A stretch of 42,934 nt of DNA from an uncultured Candidatus Pelagibacter sp. (GTDB taxonomy: Bacteria > Pseudomonadota > Alphaproteobacteria > Pelagibacterales > Pelagibacteraceae). Positions within the stretch are counted from its first letter, which is position 1, and the number at the start of each line of letters is the position of its first letter. Both the position numbers and the translations under genes were made by a program. This document shows, piece by piece, positions 1 through 8,727 of this stretch. The notes beneath the pieces are model-generated. The model saw only the letters and a list, made by a program, of their open reading frames with translations. It searched no databases and was not told the origin of the DNA. Where the stretch lies: contig CALSWN010000028.1 in NCBI GenBank assembly GCA_943841085.1, positions 1 through 42,934 on the forward strand. The letters are read 5' to 3'.

Positions 1-2
1 AT

Positions 3-716
3 GTTAAAATTTCAGAACCCGATGTCTCCCCTCTTCAATTACAAGGACCAAACTCAGGAAAAATTATGGAGGCTTTGTTTGGTGAAAGTATTAATGATCT
101 TAAATATTATTGGCTTCGTGAATTAGATTTAGATGGCATTCCTTTAATTGTGTCACGTACTGGTTGGTCTAGTGAATTGGGTTATGAACTTTACTTAAGA
201 GATGGTTCTAAAGGCGATGAGCTATGGGAAAAAATAATGTCTGCTGGAAAAGAGTTTGGATTAAAACCAGGTCATACATCATCTATAAGACGTATAGAAG
301 GTGGAATGCTATCTTATCATGCTGATGCAGATATTAATACTAACCCTTATGAGCTTGGATTAGATCGTTTAGTAAATTTAGATATTACAGATAATTTTAT
401 TGGTAAAGAGGCATTAAAAAAAATTAATGCTGAAGGTATTAAACGCAAACAAGTTGGTGTTATTCTCGATTGTGAACCATTAGAAGGTCCCAACACAACG
501 TTTTGGAAAATAATTAAAGATAACAAAGAAATTGGTAAAATTACTTCTGCGGTTTACTCTCCAAGATTAAAAAAAAATATTGCTCTAGCAATGGTATCAA
601 TAGATAATTCTGAACTAGGAACAGTCCTTGAAGTTGAAATGCCTTTAAAAAAAAATAAAATTACAATAGTTGAAAAACCATTTTATGATCCAAAAAAAAA
701 ATTGGCTGTTTCTTGA
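3..716 (+). CDS. GcvT/DmdA-family folate-dependent aminomethyltransferase or demethylase, C-terminal part (5' truncated by window edge)
   Basis: The frame is open from position 3 (VKISEPDVSPLQLQGP...), so ATG 66 is internal. GcvT-family motifs: LQGP, SRTGWSSELGYE, RRIEGG, G.ITSAVYSPRL...IALA, PFYDP. Confidence 0.85.
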   Translation, partial: VKISEPDVSPLQLQGPNSGKIMEALFGESINDLKYYWLRELDLDGIPLIVSRTGWSSELGYELYLRDGSKGDELWEKIMSAGKEFGLKPGHTSSIRRIEGGMLSYHADADINTNPYELGLDRLVNLDITDNFIGKEALKKINAEGIKRKQVGVILDCEPLEGPNTTFWKIIKDNKEIGKITSAVYSPRLKKNIALAMVSIDNSELGTVLEVEMPLKKNKITIVEKPFYDPKKKLAVS

Positions 717-792
717 TTAAATTATTTTGCAATCTATTTAAAAACATTTTATTATTCTGCTTAAATAAGATTAAATATAAAAAAACATCTTT

Positions 793-2280
793 ATGATGGA
801 TATTCCAGTTTTAATTATCTCATTTAATAATCACAGGTATGTTGAAAATACAATTAAGCAACTAGAGAACTTAAGCCCTACTAAGATGAGTAATATCATT
901 ATAATGGATAACAACTCATCAGATATTAATACAATTAATTTTATAAATAAGACTTCATATAAAGTTATACGCAATACTGAAAATAAAGGGCCATGGATAG
1001 AGCGGTATCCAGATTTATATGAATCTTTGCCAAATCAATTCATAGTAACAGATCCCGATTTAGAATTTAATAGTAATTTACCAAAAAACTTTATTGAAAT
1101 AATGTCAGATTTATCAAATAAGTTTGGCTGTCATAAAATTGGTTTTGCATTGGATATCAGTGATTTTGATCAAATGTATAATTCAATTTATTACAATAAC
1201 TTATCTATTTATGATTGGGAAAAGCAATTTTGGGATAACAAAATTGATGATACAAATTATGAATTATATAATGCAGAAATAGACACAACTTTTTGCTTAA
1301 TAAACAAACAGGCTTCTAATATATCTTCTAAACGAATTAGAATAGCAGGAAATTTTACAGCGAAGCATATTCCTTGGTATACAAAAAATTTATTTTACAA
1401 TGAATATGAAAAATATATTTATGGAATTAATAGTTTTTCTACTATCAGTAAATTATTTTTAACCAATGTTCGTGATAATTATAGTATTACAAACAAAAAT
1501 GATGAAAAATTTCTAATTAATAACTCAATTACTGAAAACTTAAATTTTTGGAAAAAAATTTATCCAACCTGGGAACCTGATACATTCGCTATATTTGATA
1601 AGCTCTTGAAAAAAAATAAGGTTTTTATTGATATCGGTGCTTGGATAGGAACAACAAGCATGTATGGCTGTAGAAAATCTAAACACGTTTACTCTGTTGA
1701 AGCTGACAATTTATCAATCAAGGATTTATCAATAAATCTATCTAATAACTGTATTAATAATAATTATACTGTAATAGATAAAGCTGTTTTCAATGAAGAC
1801 GATGCCACCATCAACTTTGGTAAAAATATATTCATGAAAGACTCTAAAATGAATGACTTCACTTCACAAATTCTTAATAAAAATTCAGGTTTTTCTACTC
1901 AAGTCAAAACAATCACGATTAATAGTATTCTAAAAAATTACAATATCGAACCAAGTTCTATTTCATTAATAAAAGTTGATATCGAGGGTGGTGAAGAAAA
2001 TATATTAAATGATTTATATGTTCTTTATAAAAAACACAAAGTGCCACTTTATATTAGCATTCACTATGAGTGGTGGAAAAATAATGATCTAAATCGATTT
2101 TCATTTCTAAATCAAAAAAATAAAGATCAGATCAAAAATAATCCATTTGTAGATCTACTTTTTACAGATAATGATATAAAAATTCATACTAATAAAACTA
2201 AATTAGATAATATTAAAAATAATAAATTTTTCTTATTGGTTAAAAAATTTTTTAAACGACTATTAGGTAATCCTAAATAA
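793..2280 (+). CDS. Fusion of a GT2-like glycosyltransferase domain and an FkbM-family SAM-dependent methyltransferase
   Basis: N-terminal GT-A motifs (IPVLIISFNN, IIIMDNNSSD, VTDPD DxD). C-terminal FkbM motifs (FIDIGAWIG, VYSVEAD, LIKVDIEGGE). Confidence 0.8.
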   Translation: MMDIPVLIISFNNHRYVENTIKQLENLSPTKMSNIIIMDNNSSDINTINFINKTSYKVIRNTENKGPWIERYPDLYESLPNQFIVTDPDLEFNSNLPKNFIEIMSDLSNKFGCHKIGFALDISDFDQMYNSIYYNNLSIYDWEKQFWDNKIDDTNYELYNAEIDTTFCLINKQASNISSKRIRIAGNFTAKHIPWYTKNLFYNEYEKYIYGINSFSTISKLFLTNVRDNYSITNKNDEKFLINNSITENLNFWKKIYPTWEPDTFAIFDKLLKKNKVFIDIGAWIGTTSMYGCRKSKHVYSVEADNLSIKDLSINLSNNCINNNYTVIDKAVFNEDDATINFGKNIFMKDSKMNDFTSQILNKNSGFSTQVKTITINSILKNYNIEPSSISLIKVDIEGGEENILNDLYVLYKKHKVPLYISIHYEWWKNNDLNRFSFLNQKNKDQIKNNPFVDLLFTDNDIKIHTNKTKLDNIKNNKFFLLVKKFFKRLLGNPK

Positions 2281-2761
2281 GTTTTTTCCAATAACCATAC
2301 ACACACCGGGTCCCATTTCTAGAGCAATCATAAGTGTCATGCAAAACACCATTTTTAACAACGGTTATGTGTTTTGAACATGATACAATTAAAGTGCCAC
2401 TTGGTAATTCATCTTTTTTTAAATGCACCTTGCAACCTTGTCCAACAAACATTGTAGGTGTCCATTTCCATCCTAATTTTTTAAGATAATTTTTCAAAAC
2501 AACTCTATGAGTTCCTGTTCTTGGACTGTCATTTTTTTTTTTAAGTCTTTTGGCAAGTTTAGTACGAGAAGTTGTTCTGAAGTATTCATTTGCCTTGTAA
2601 AGATCGTCATATACTTTTTGGTATGCTAAACCTGTAACAATAGCTATTGATCTGACTACACAATCTCCTGCTTTTCCTTTAAATCCAGCAGCTAATCGTC
2701 CACCGTCATTAGCTTGAAATTCAAGATTGCTCTTTGAAAGCAATTTTTTAAAAAAATTCAC
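2273..2761 (-). CDS. Hypothetical protein, possible papain-like (C39-like) Cys-His-Asp fold
   Basis: GDCVVRSIA, KHITVV and HDTYD occur in papain-like order; protein-like composition. Confidence 0.55.
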   Translation of the reverse strand: MNFFKKLLSKSNLEFQANDGGRLAAGFKGKAGDCVVRSIAIVTGLAYQKVYDDLYKANEYFRTTSRTKLAKRLKKKNDSPRTGTHRVVLKNYLKKLGWKWTPTMFVGQGCKVHLKKDELPSGTLIVSCSKHITVVKNGVLHDTYDCSRNGTRCVYGYWKKLI

Positions 2762-3051
2762 GATTTTCCTTTATGGTCCAATATTTCTATCATGCATTGG
2801 GTTGCATACTGTCGCCATTCAGATGCAGTTTTATCTTTTAGACCATTTAAATGCTTTTTATTGCTATCTATATTTTCTTTATGTTTAACACGATCCGATT
2901 CTTCTAAATTACTTTCCATGTTAGCTAAGTTGGTCTCCATTGCTTTAATCCAGTTATTACCAAGCTCAACACATTTTTCATCTTTCTTCTCATCGCAAAT
3001 TTGTTTAAAAAAGTTAAAGATAACATCATCAGATTTAATTTGATTAGACAT
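2758..3051 (-). CDS. Hypothetical helical protein
   Basis: 97-aa ORF with a 4-bp ATGA-type overlap with the downstream gene; typical codon and amino-acid composition. Confidence 0.65.
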   Translation of the reverse strand: MSNQIKSDDVIFNFFKQICDEKKDEKCVELGNNWIKAMETNLANMESNLEESDRVKHKENIDSNKKHLNGLKDKTASEWRQYATQCMIEILDHKGKS

Positions 3052-3144
3052 TAATTATTCTAATAAACGAAGAAGTGGATAAAGTCTAGTTTCAATTATT
3101 AAGTGTAGAGTTATTTTTAGAGAATCACTTATAAGTAATATTAA

Positions 3145-3179
3145 GGGTGGTGTAGGGAGACTGAAACCACCCCTACCAC
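3145..3179. other. GC-rich hairpin with an alternative pairing (terminator or candidate structured RNA)
   Basis: GGGTGGT (3145-3151) pairs with ACCACCC (3166-3172). Alternatively GTAGGG (3152-3157) pairs with CCCTAC (3171-3176). Confidence 0.5.
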
Positions 3180-3181
3180 AT

Positions 3182-3580
3182 TTAAAAATGTTTTTTTAAT
3201 TTAGTAATAATCAATTCTAAGTTTTTTTTTACATAAGGTTTGCTTTTAACGACCCAAACAGATAATGGCCAAGAACTATCTTTTTTATTTCTTGCTATAA
3301 CATGAATATGTAATTGAGGAACAATATTACCAATTTTTTCAACATTAAGTTTTTTTGTTTTAAATATTTTTTTCATTAAGTTGCTGCAATGAACAATTTC
3401 TTTCATCAATAACATTTGATCTTTTGAATTAAGTTCTGAGATATCAGTAATATTTTTTCGCTTTGGAATTAAAATAATCCAGGGGAATTTAGCATTATCA
3501 ATTAAACGAATACTACATAATTTTAAATCAGCTATTAAATGAGAATCTTTTAGAAAACTTTTACTTGCTTTATTTGCCAT
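3182..3580 (-). CDS. HIT-family nucleotide hydrolase
   Basis: PWIILIPKR and KLN...IGNIVPQLHIHVIAR HIT-like motif. Confidence 0.9.
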   Translation of the reverse strand: MANKASKSFLKDSHLIADLKLCSIRLIDNAKFPWIILIPKRKNITDISELNSKDQMLLMKEIVHCSNLMKKIFKTKKLNVEKIGNIVPQLHIHVIARNKKDSSWPLSVWVVKSKPYVKKNLELIITKLKKHF

Positions 3581-3639
3581 ATCAAAACATTAATATAAAT
3601 GTGTTCTATAAGCAAAAATTATTATAGGCTAAATTTATT

Positions 3640-3840
3640 ATGGCTGATAAAAAAATACGTTCTGTTGCTAAAACATTTTCATGGAGACTTTTTATTTTTA
3701 TCTACTGGGTAATATTTGGGTATGTTTTTACTGGTAGCTTTAAAGGAGCTGGAATATTAGGACTAGGTTCTATAATTCCTCTTTTTTTTTATTATTTTCA
3801 TGAAAGAATTTGGAATAAAGTTAAATGGGGTCTTAATTAA
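3640..3840 (+). CDS. DUF2061-like small membrane protein
   Basis: RS.AKTFSWR and YYFHERIWNKVKWG signatures; two hydrophobic segments. Confidence 0.85.
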   Translation: MADKKIRSVAKTFSWRLFIFIYWVIFGYVFTGSFKGAGILGLGSIIPLFFYYFHERIWNKVKWGLN

Positions 3841-3923
3841 AAGATAAAGAATATATTTATAAATATTTCTTTATTTTATTATAGGTAATAACTTTATTAT
3901 TATTCATATAATTGTGATGTTTT

Positions 3924-4760
3924 TTATATAATATTCAAATATTCAATAAAAGATCTAACAGATACAATTAGTAAAAAAGTGCCAAAAATTTTACTTAATA
4001 GTTTTTTATCTATTTTATAAACGGTTTTGGCACCTAATCTAGCCATTATCATTGTAACTGGCACAAAAACTAAGAAGCCTAATAAATTTATATATCCATA
4101 GCTAAAAGGTGTATTTACATTATCAATTATTCTTCCACCCAAAATCATTGTTATAGTTCCACTAACTGCAATTAAAAACCCAACAGCTGCTGCTGTTCCT
4201 ACAGATTTTCTAATGTCATAACCAAAAGTTCTCATGAATGGTACCATTAATGAGCCACCTCCAATACCTAGTGGTACAGATATAAATCCAATAATAATCC
4301 CTGATAAATTTTTTATTATTGAAGAAATTTGCTTTGGATTTTCAACAAGTTTTTCTCTTAAAAAAATAAAAAACAATCCAACCATAAAAGCAAAAATTGA
4401 AAAAAATAGAACTAAAGCTGGTGTTTTTAAATTTACTGCTAAAAAAGTACCTGCAATTACACCTAGCAATATGAATACTCCAAATGATTTAACCATTTTA
4501 AAATCTACAGCATCGTACTCCATGTGAGTTTTGGTAGAAATTATTGAGGTTGGTATTATAATTGATAAAGAAGTTCCAACAGATAAATGCATTCGTGTAA
4601 CTAAGTCAAAATCTAAAACAGTAAATGCATAATATAAAGCTGGAACCATAATAATTCCACCACCTACGCCAAGAAGACCTGCCATGAAACCCGCACCAGC
4701 TGCGGCTATACCTAATACAGCTAGTAAATTAATTATTTCACTAATGTTTAAATTTTCCAT
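3924..4760 (-). CDS. TauE/SafE (TSUP) family membrane transporter
   Basis: Repeated GLLGVGGGIIMVP / LGIGGGSLMVP motifs; many transmembrane segments. Confidence 0.9.
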   Translation of the reverse strand: MENLNISEIINLLAVLGIAAAGAGFMAGLLGVGGGIIMVPALYYAFTVLDFDLVTRMHLSVGTSLSIIIPTSIISTKTHMEYDAVDFKMVKSFGVFILLGVIAGTFLAVNLKTPALVLFFSIFAFMVGLFFIFLREKLVENPKQISSIIKNLSGIIIGFISVPLGIGGGSLMVPFMRTFGYDIRKSVGTAAAVGFLIAVSGTITMILGGRIIDNVNTPFSYGYINLLGFLVFVPVTMIMARLGAKTVYKIDKKLLSKIFGTFLLIVSVRSFIEYLNII

Positions 4761-5764
4761 TAGGAATTAACTTGATTTGCTTTTTCATTATTCTGAACAA
4801 TGGTCATTATATGTTTGGCCTTTTGAAAATCAGAGTCTCTTGCCATCATATTGTCACTAAGATACCTTTTCCAGTCTTTTGATCCAATTTGTCCATGATA
4901 TAAACCAACTGTATGTCTCATAATATGATTAACTTTTGTGCCTAACTTTACTTCTTTCTCTAAGTATTCTAATAATTTCTCTGCTACCTCTTCTCTTGAC
5001 GGTTCATTTTTTAACCCAAAAATTTCTTTTTCTATCTCAACTAACGAATACGGGTTTTGATAAATAGATCTTCCTATCATTACTCCATCGCATTGCTTTA
5101 AATGGTTTTTGATCTCGTCAATTTTAGAAATGCCACCGTTAATAATAATTTCTAAATCAGGATTTTCTTTTTTTACTTTATAAACCATACCATAATTTAA
5201 TTTAGGAATATTTAGATTTTGTTTTGGTGACATACCAGAAAGAATTGCTTTTCGAGCATGTAATATAAAAGTTTTACAACCAACACCTTTCATTTTAAGA
5301 ATAAAATTATTTAAATAATCAAAATCTTCAGTATCATCAAATCCAATCCTGGTTTTTGCTGTAACTGGTATTTTACAAGCGTTAACCATGGAGTTAATAC
5401 ACTCTGTAACTAAATCAGGTTCCTTCATTAGACAAGCACCAAACATATTTTTTTGAACCTTTTTACTTGGACAGCCTAAATTTATATTAATTTCATCATA
5501 ACCCATATCTTCAGCAATCTTAGCAACTTCGGCTAATTCTTTTTTATCAGACCCACCTACTTGAAGGGCTAGTGGCTTTTCTTCTGGGCTAAAAGATAAT
5601 ATTTTTTTTCTATCTCCATGTATAGCAGATTTTGTCGCTACCATTTCAGAATATAGCATTACATTTTTACTCATTAATCTTAGAAAGTATCTGTCGTGAC
5701 GATCAGTACAATCCATCATTGGTGCTACTGAAATTTTTCGATTAATCTTTTTTTTAGTATCCAA
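4760..5764 (-). CDS. dusA: tRNA-dihydrouridine(20/20a) synthase DusA
   Basis: SVAPMMDCTDRH, NLGCPS..VQ...FGACLM, HARKA, INGG and GVMIGR motifs. Confidence 0.95.
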   Translation of the reverse strand: MDTKKKINRKISVAPMMDCTDRHDRYFLRLMSKNVMLYSEMVATKSAIHGDRKKILSFSPEEKPLALQVGGSDKKELAEVAKIAEDMGYDEININLGCPSKKVQKNMFGACLMKEPDLVTECINSMVNACKIPVTAKTRIGFDDTEDFDYLNNFILKMKGVGCKTFILHARKAILSGMSPKQNLNIPKLNYGMVYKVKKENPDLEIIINGGISKIDEIKNHLKQCDGVMIGRSIYQNPYSLVEIEKEIFGLKNEPSREEVAEKLLEYLEKEVKLGTKVNHIMRHTVGLYHGQIGSKDWKRYLSDNMMARDSDFQKAKHIMTIVQNNEKANQVNS

Positions 5765-7085
5765 GAGGTTTGCCCATTAATTTATCTGGAAGCCAAGTTA
5801 CAATTTCTGGAAAAATACATAATATCAATATGGCTAAAGCCATCATTATCATAAACGGTATTGATCCCTTTAAAATTTCTGACAAGCTCACGTCGGGTGT
5901 AATTCCTTTTATAATATAAAGATTTAGCCCAACTGGTGGTGTTATTAAACCTATCTCCATATTAATTGTAAATACAATAGCAAACCAATAAGGATCGAAA
6001 CCTAAAGTAGTTATTACTGGTAACAAAATAGCTGAAGTCATTACAATAACTGCAACTGGTGGCAGAAAAAATCCAGCTACTAATAAAAAAATATTTATCA
6101 ATAAAAAAATCACCCACTTATTAGTACTCAATTCAATCATGCTTTGAGCTAAAGATTGTGTCACATAAAGTTGAGACAAGGTAAAAGCAAAAAGATAGGA
6201 TGCAGCAATAATAAACATTATCATCACACTTTCTTTCATTGAAATTTTAAGAATGTTCCAGATTTTTTTTGGTTGATAAATTTTATAAACAAAAGCGATC
6301 ATTACAAAAACTAAAAAAGCACCCACGCCTGATGCTTCTGAAGGTGTTGCTACTCCTCCATACAGAACATACAAAACACCAGCGACAATAGCTAAAAAAG
6401 GAAGAACTCTCGGAAGTACCTCTAATTTTTCTTTTAATGTTGGTGCTTTCTTATTTCTTAATGCTTTTGCAGAGTCTTTATCAATAAAGTAACTATGTAT
6501 TAAAGCCCATATCGCAAATAACCCAGCCAACATAAATCCTGGGATTATTCCACATAAAAATAACCTACCAATTGAAGTTCCGGTTGCCATTCCATAAACA
6601 ATTAAGACAATACTAGGTGGGATTAAAACTCCTAAAGTTCCACCAGCTGCTATTGTTCCTGTTGCAATCTGATCCGAATAACCTCTTTTTCTCATTTCAG
6701 GAATACCCATTGTCCCTATTGCAGCACATGTTGCAGGGCTTGATCCACTTAGTGCAGCAAATATTGAACAAGCACCAATATTAGAAATAACTAACCCACC
6801 TGGAACTCTCCATAACCATCTATCAAGACCTGTATATAAATCTTTACCTGCTGGAGAATTTGCAACGGCCATACCCATTAAAATAAACATTGGTATAGAC
6901 AACAATACAAAAGAATTTAGTCCCGCATAAAAAGTTTCTGCGAATACATCTAACATTTGTATTCCTTCAAAAGAAACTAACAATACTACTGATACAAAGC
7001 TTAATCCAAAAGCAATAGGAATTCCTGAAAACAAAACTATTAATGTAAAAACAGCTACTATTATAGCAATCGTTAAAGGATCCAT
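5754..7085 (-). CDS. dctM: TRAP transporter large permease (DctM family)
   Basis: SIPMFILMG, FAALSGSS, AGGTLGVLIPPS, TPSEA and ITPPVGLNL motifs. Confidence 0.93.
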   Translation of the reverse strand: MDPLTIAIIVAVFTLIVLFSGIPIAFGLSFVSVVLLVSFEGIQMLDVFAETFYAGLNSFVLLSIPMFILMGMAVANSPAGKDLYTGLDRWLWRVPGGLVISNIGACSIFAALSGSSPATCAAIGTMGIPEMRKRGYSDQIATGTIAAGGTLGVLIPPSIVLIVYGMATGTSIGRLFLCGIIPGFMLAGLFAIWALIHSYFIDKDSAKALRNKKAPTLKEKLEVLPRVLPFLAIVAGVLYVLYGGVATPSEASGVGAFLVFVMIAFVYKIYQPKKIWNILKISMKESVMIMFIIAASYLFAFTLSQLYVTQSLAQSMIELSTNKWVIFLLINIFLLVAGFFLPPVAVIVMTSAILLPVITTLGFDPYWFAIVFTINMEIGLITPPVGLNLYIIKGITPDVSLSEILKGSIPFMIMMALAILILCIFPEIVTWLPDKLMGKPLGY

Positions 7086-7579
7086 TATTTAAAATCCCTA
7101 TCATTAAATAATTTAATTATTTCTGCAAAATATTGAAGAGTCATAAGTATTGAACCAACCAACATTGAAGAATACGGAACCCATAAAGGTGGATCCCAAA
7201 CACTACCTGTTGTATATTTTTTTACAAAAGCTTCTTCGGTTATTAAAAAACCGTAATAAAATAATACCAAGAAAAACCCTAGACTTAAAAATGATGTAAA
7301 AATTTTAAGTTTGATAATATTTTTTTTTGACAAAAAATCATATATCCATTCCATGCTAACATGTGCTTTTTCACTTAATACATAAGCACTTCCAATAAAA
7401 GTTGAGGCAACTAAAAGCATTGTAACAAGTTCATTTTGCCATGTAATTGCTCTTTGGAAAAAATATCTTTCTAAAACTAATTCAACAATAATTAAAATTG
7501 ATAATCCTAGAGCTGCCACAGCGAAAGCACCACATGCTTGTGAAATAAGACTACAAAATTTTAAATATTTTTTAATCAT
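7085..7579 (-). CDS. dctQ: TRAP transporter small permease (DctQ family)
   Basis: Four TM segments with W.NEL and HVSME motifs; lies between dctP and dctM. Confidence 0.88.
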   Translation of the reverse strand: MIKKYLKFCSLISQACGAFAVAALGLSILIIVELVLERYFFQRAITWQNELVTMLLVASTFIGSAYVLSEKAHVSMEWIYDFLSKKNIIKLKIFTSFLSLGFFLVLFYYGFLITEEAFVKKYTTGSVWDPPLWVPYSSMLVGSILMTLQYFAEIIKLFNDRDFK

Positions 7580-7616
7580 AAAAAAAACCCCTACTTAATT
7601 TTCATAAATAGGGGTT
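7580..7616 (-). terminator. Intrinsic terminator-like hairpin between dctP and dctQ
   Basis: Minus strand reads AACCCCTA...TAGGGGTT, running into an 8-T tract directly before the dctQ ATG. Confidence 0.7.
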
Positions 7617-7631
7617 AGTTATATATTATTT

Positions 7632-8642
7632 TTATTTAACTGCCAAAGCCATATCGATCAATTTTTGACCACCTGGCACTTTTTCAGAAAAACTTTTATA
7701 TGACGATTTTTTTGCAATGGATAACCATGCATCGAAATCATTTTTATCCATATAAGCTAACTCAACTCCTGCAGCTTTATATGCTTTTTCGAAAGTTTTG
7801 TCTAAACCAGCAGCTTCTTTAGTCATAAATTTTTCAGCTTTTTTTCCAGCTTTTAATAAAGCTTTTTGTTGTGCGGAATTTAAAGCATTAAAATTCTTCT
7901 TAGACATAAGAATAGGCTCATACATAAACCATAGTCCATATTTTCCTGGAGGAGTTGCACATTTAACTTGTTCATAAATTTTGTAACTTACAAAACTTCC
8001 TGAACTAGTATTTGCACCAGTTAATACTCCAGTCTGCAGACCAGTATAGATTTCAGAAGAAGGCATTTTTTGAATACCAGCACCTGCTGATGCTAACATT
8101 TGGTTAAATGCTTTTCCTGCTGCTCTCATAACTTGTCCTTTTGCGTCAGCTGGACTCTTAATACATTTTGTTTTTGAAGCAAAACCACCTGCTAACCATG
8201 CATCAGATAATACGATTACTCCTGCATTATCCATAATTTTTCTAATTTCATCCATCATTGGAGATTTGTTTACTCTTAATGCATGTTTATGGTTTTTAAC
8301 CATTCCTGGCATCAATGTAATATCAAACTCTGGGTGAAATTTTGCTGCATAAGCTAAAGGGAACGCTGAAATATCCAGCTGACCAGTAGTCATTGGTTTC
8401 CATTGCTCTTTAGGTTTGTACAACGATTTAGCTGGATAAATTCTAACATCCATATCAACGTTTGCTTTTTTTACTTCATCAGCAATGATTTGAACCATTT
8501 CATGACGTACATCAAATGAACCATCAGCTCTTGGTGTTCCTGGCCATTGGTGACTTGCTTTAAGTGTTACAGCATAAGCTGAACCAATAGTTGTTAATAC
8601 CAAAACTAATGCTGTGAAATATAAAGATATTTTTTTAAACAT
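7632..8642 (-). CDS. dctP: TRAP substrate-binding protein (DctP family)
   Basis: Signal peptide; IYPAKSL, G..MRAAG (conserved carboxylate-binding Arg position) and EIYTGLQTGV; purine-rich AGAGAGGA RBS upstream. Confidence 0.92.
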   Translation of the reverse strand: MFKKISLYFTALVLVLTTIGSAYAVTLKASHQWPGTPRADGSFDVRHEMVQIIADEVKKANVDMDVRIYPAKSLYKPKEQWKPMTTGQLDISAFPLAYAAKFHPEFDITLMPGMVKNHKHALRVNKSPMMDEIRKIMDNAGVIVLSDAWLAGGFASKTKCIKSPADAKGQVMRAAGKAFNQMLASAGAGIQKMPSSEIYTGLQTGVLTGANTSSGSFVSYKIYEQVKCATPPGKYGLWFMYEPILMSKKNFNALNSAQQKALLKAGKKAEKFMTKEAAGLDKTFEKAYKAAGVELAYMDKNDFDAWLSIAKKSSYKSFSEKVPGGQKLIDMALAVK

Positions 8643-8675
8643 TATTTTTCCTCTCTTTAGTTATATAAGTCGTGC

Positions 8676-8704
8676 ATTAAATTGAAGATCTTGATAAGAG
8701 TCAA
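8676..8704 (-). promoter_or_regulatory. Putative sigma70 promoter of the dctPQM operon
   Basis: Minus strand TTGACT-17 nt-TTTAAT upstream of dctP. Confidence 0.5.
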
Positions 8705-8727
8705 TACTACAAAATTGTTTAATTAAT

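Noticed and set aside
8691-8704. TTGAT-AAGA-GTCAA, a 9/10 match to the FNR box
   Set aside because: More simply explained by promoter -35 elements in the divergent control region (TTGACT on minus). No CRP/FNR regulator is in the window.
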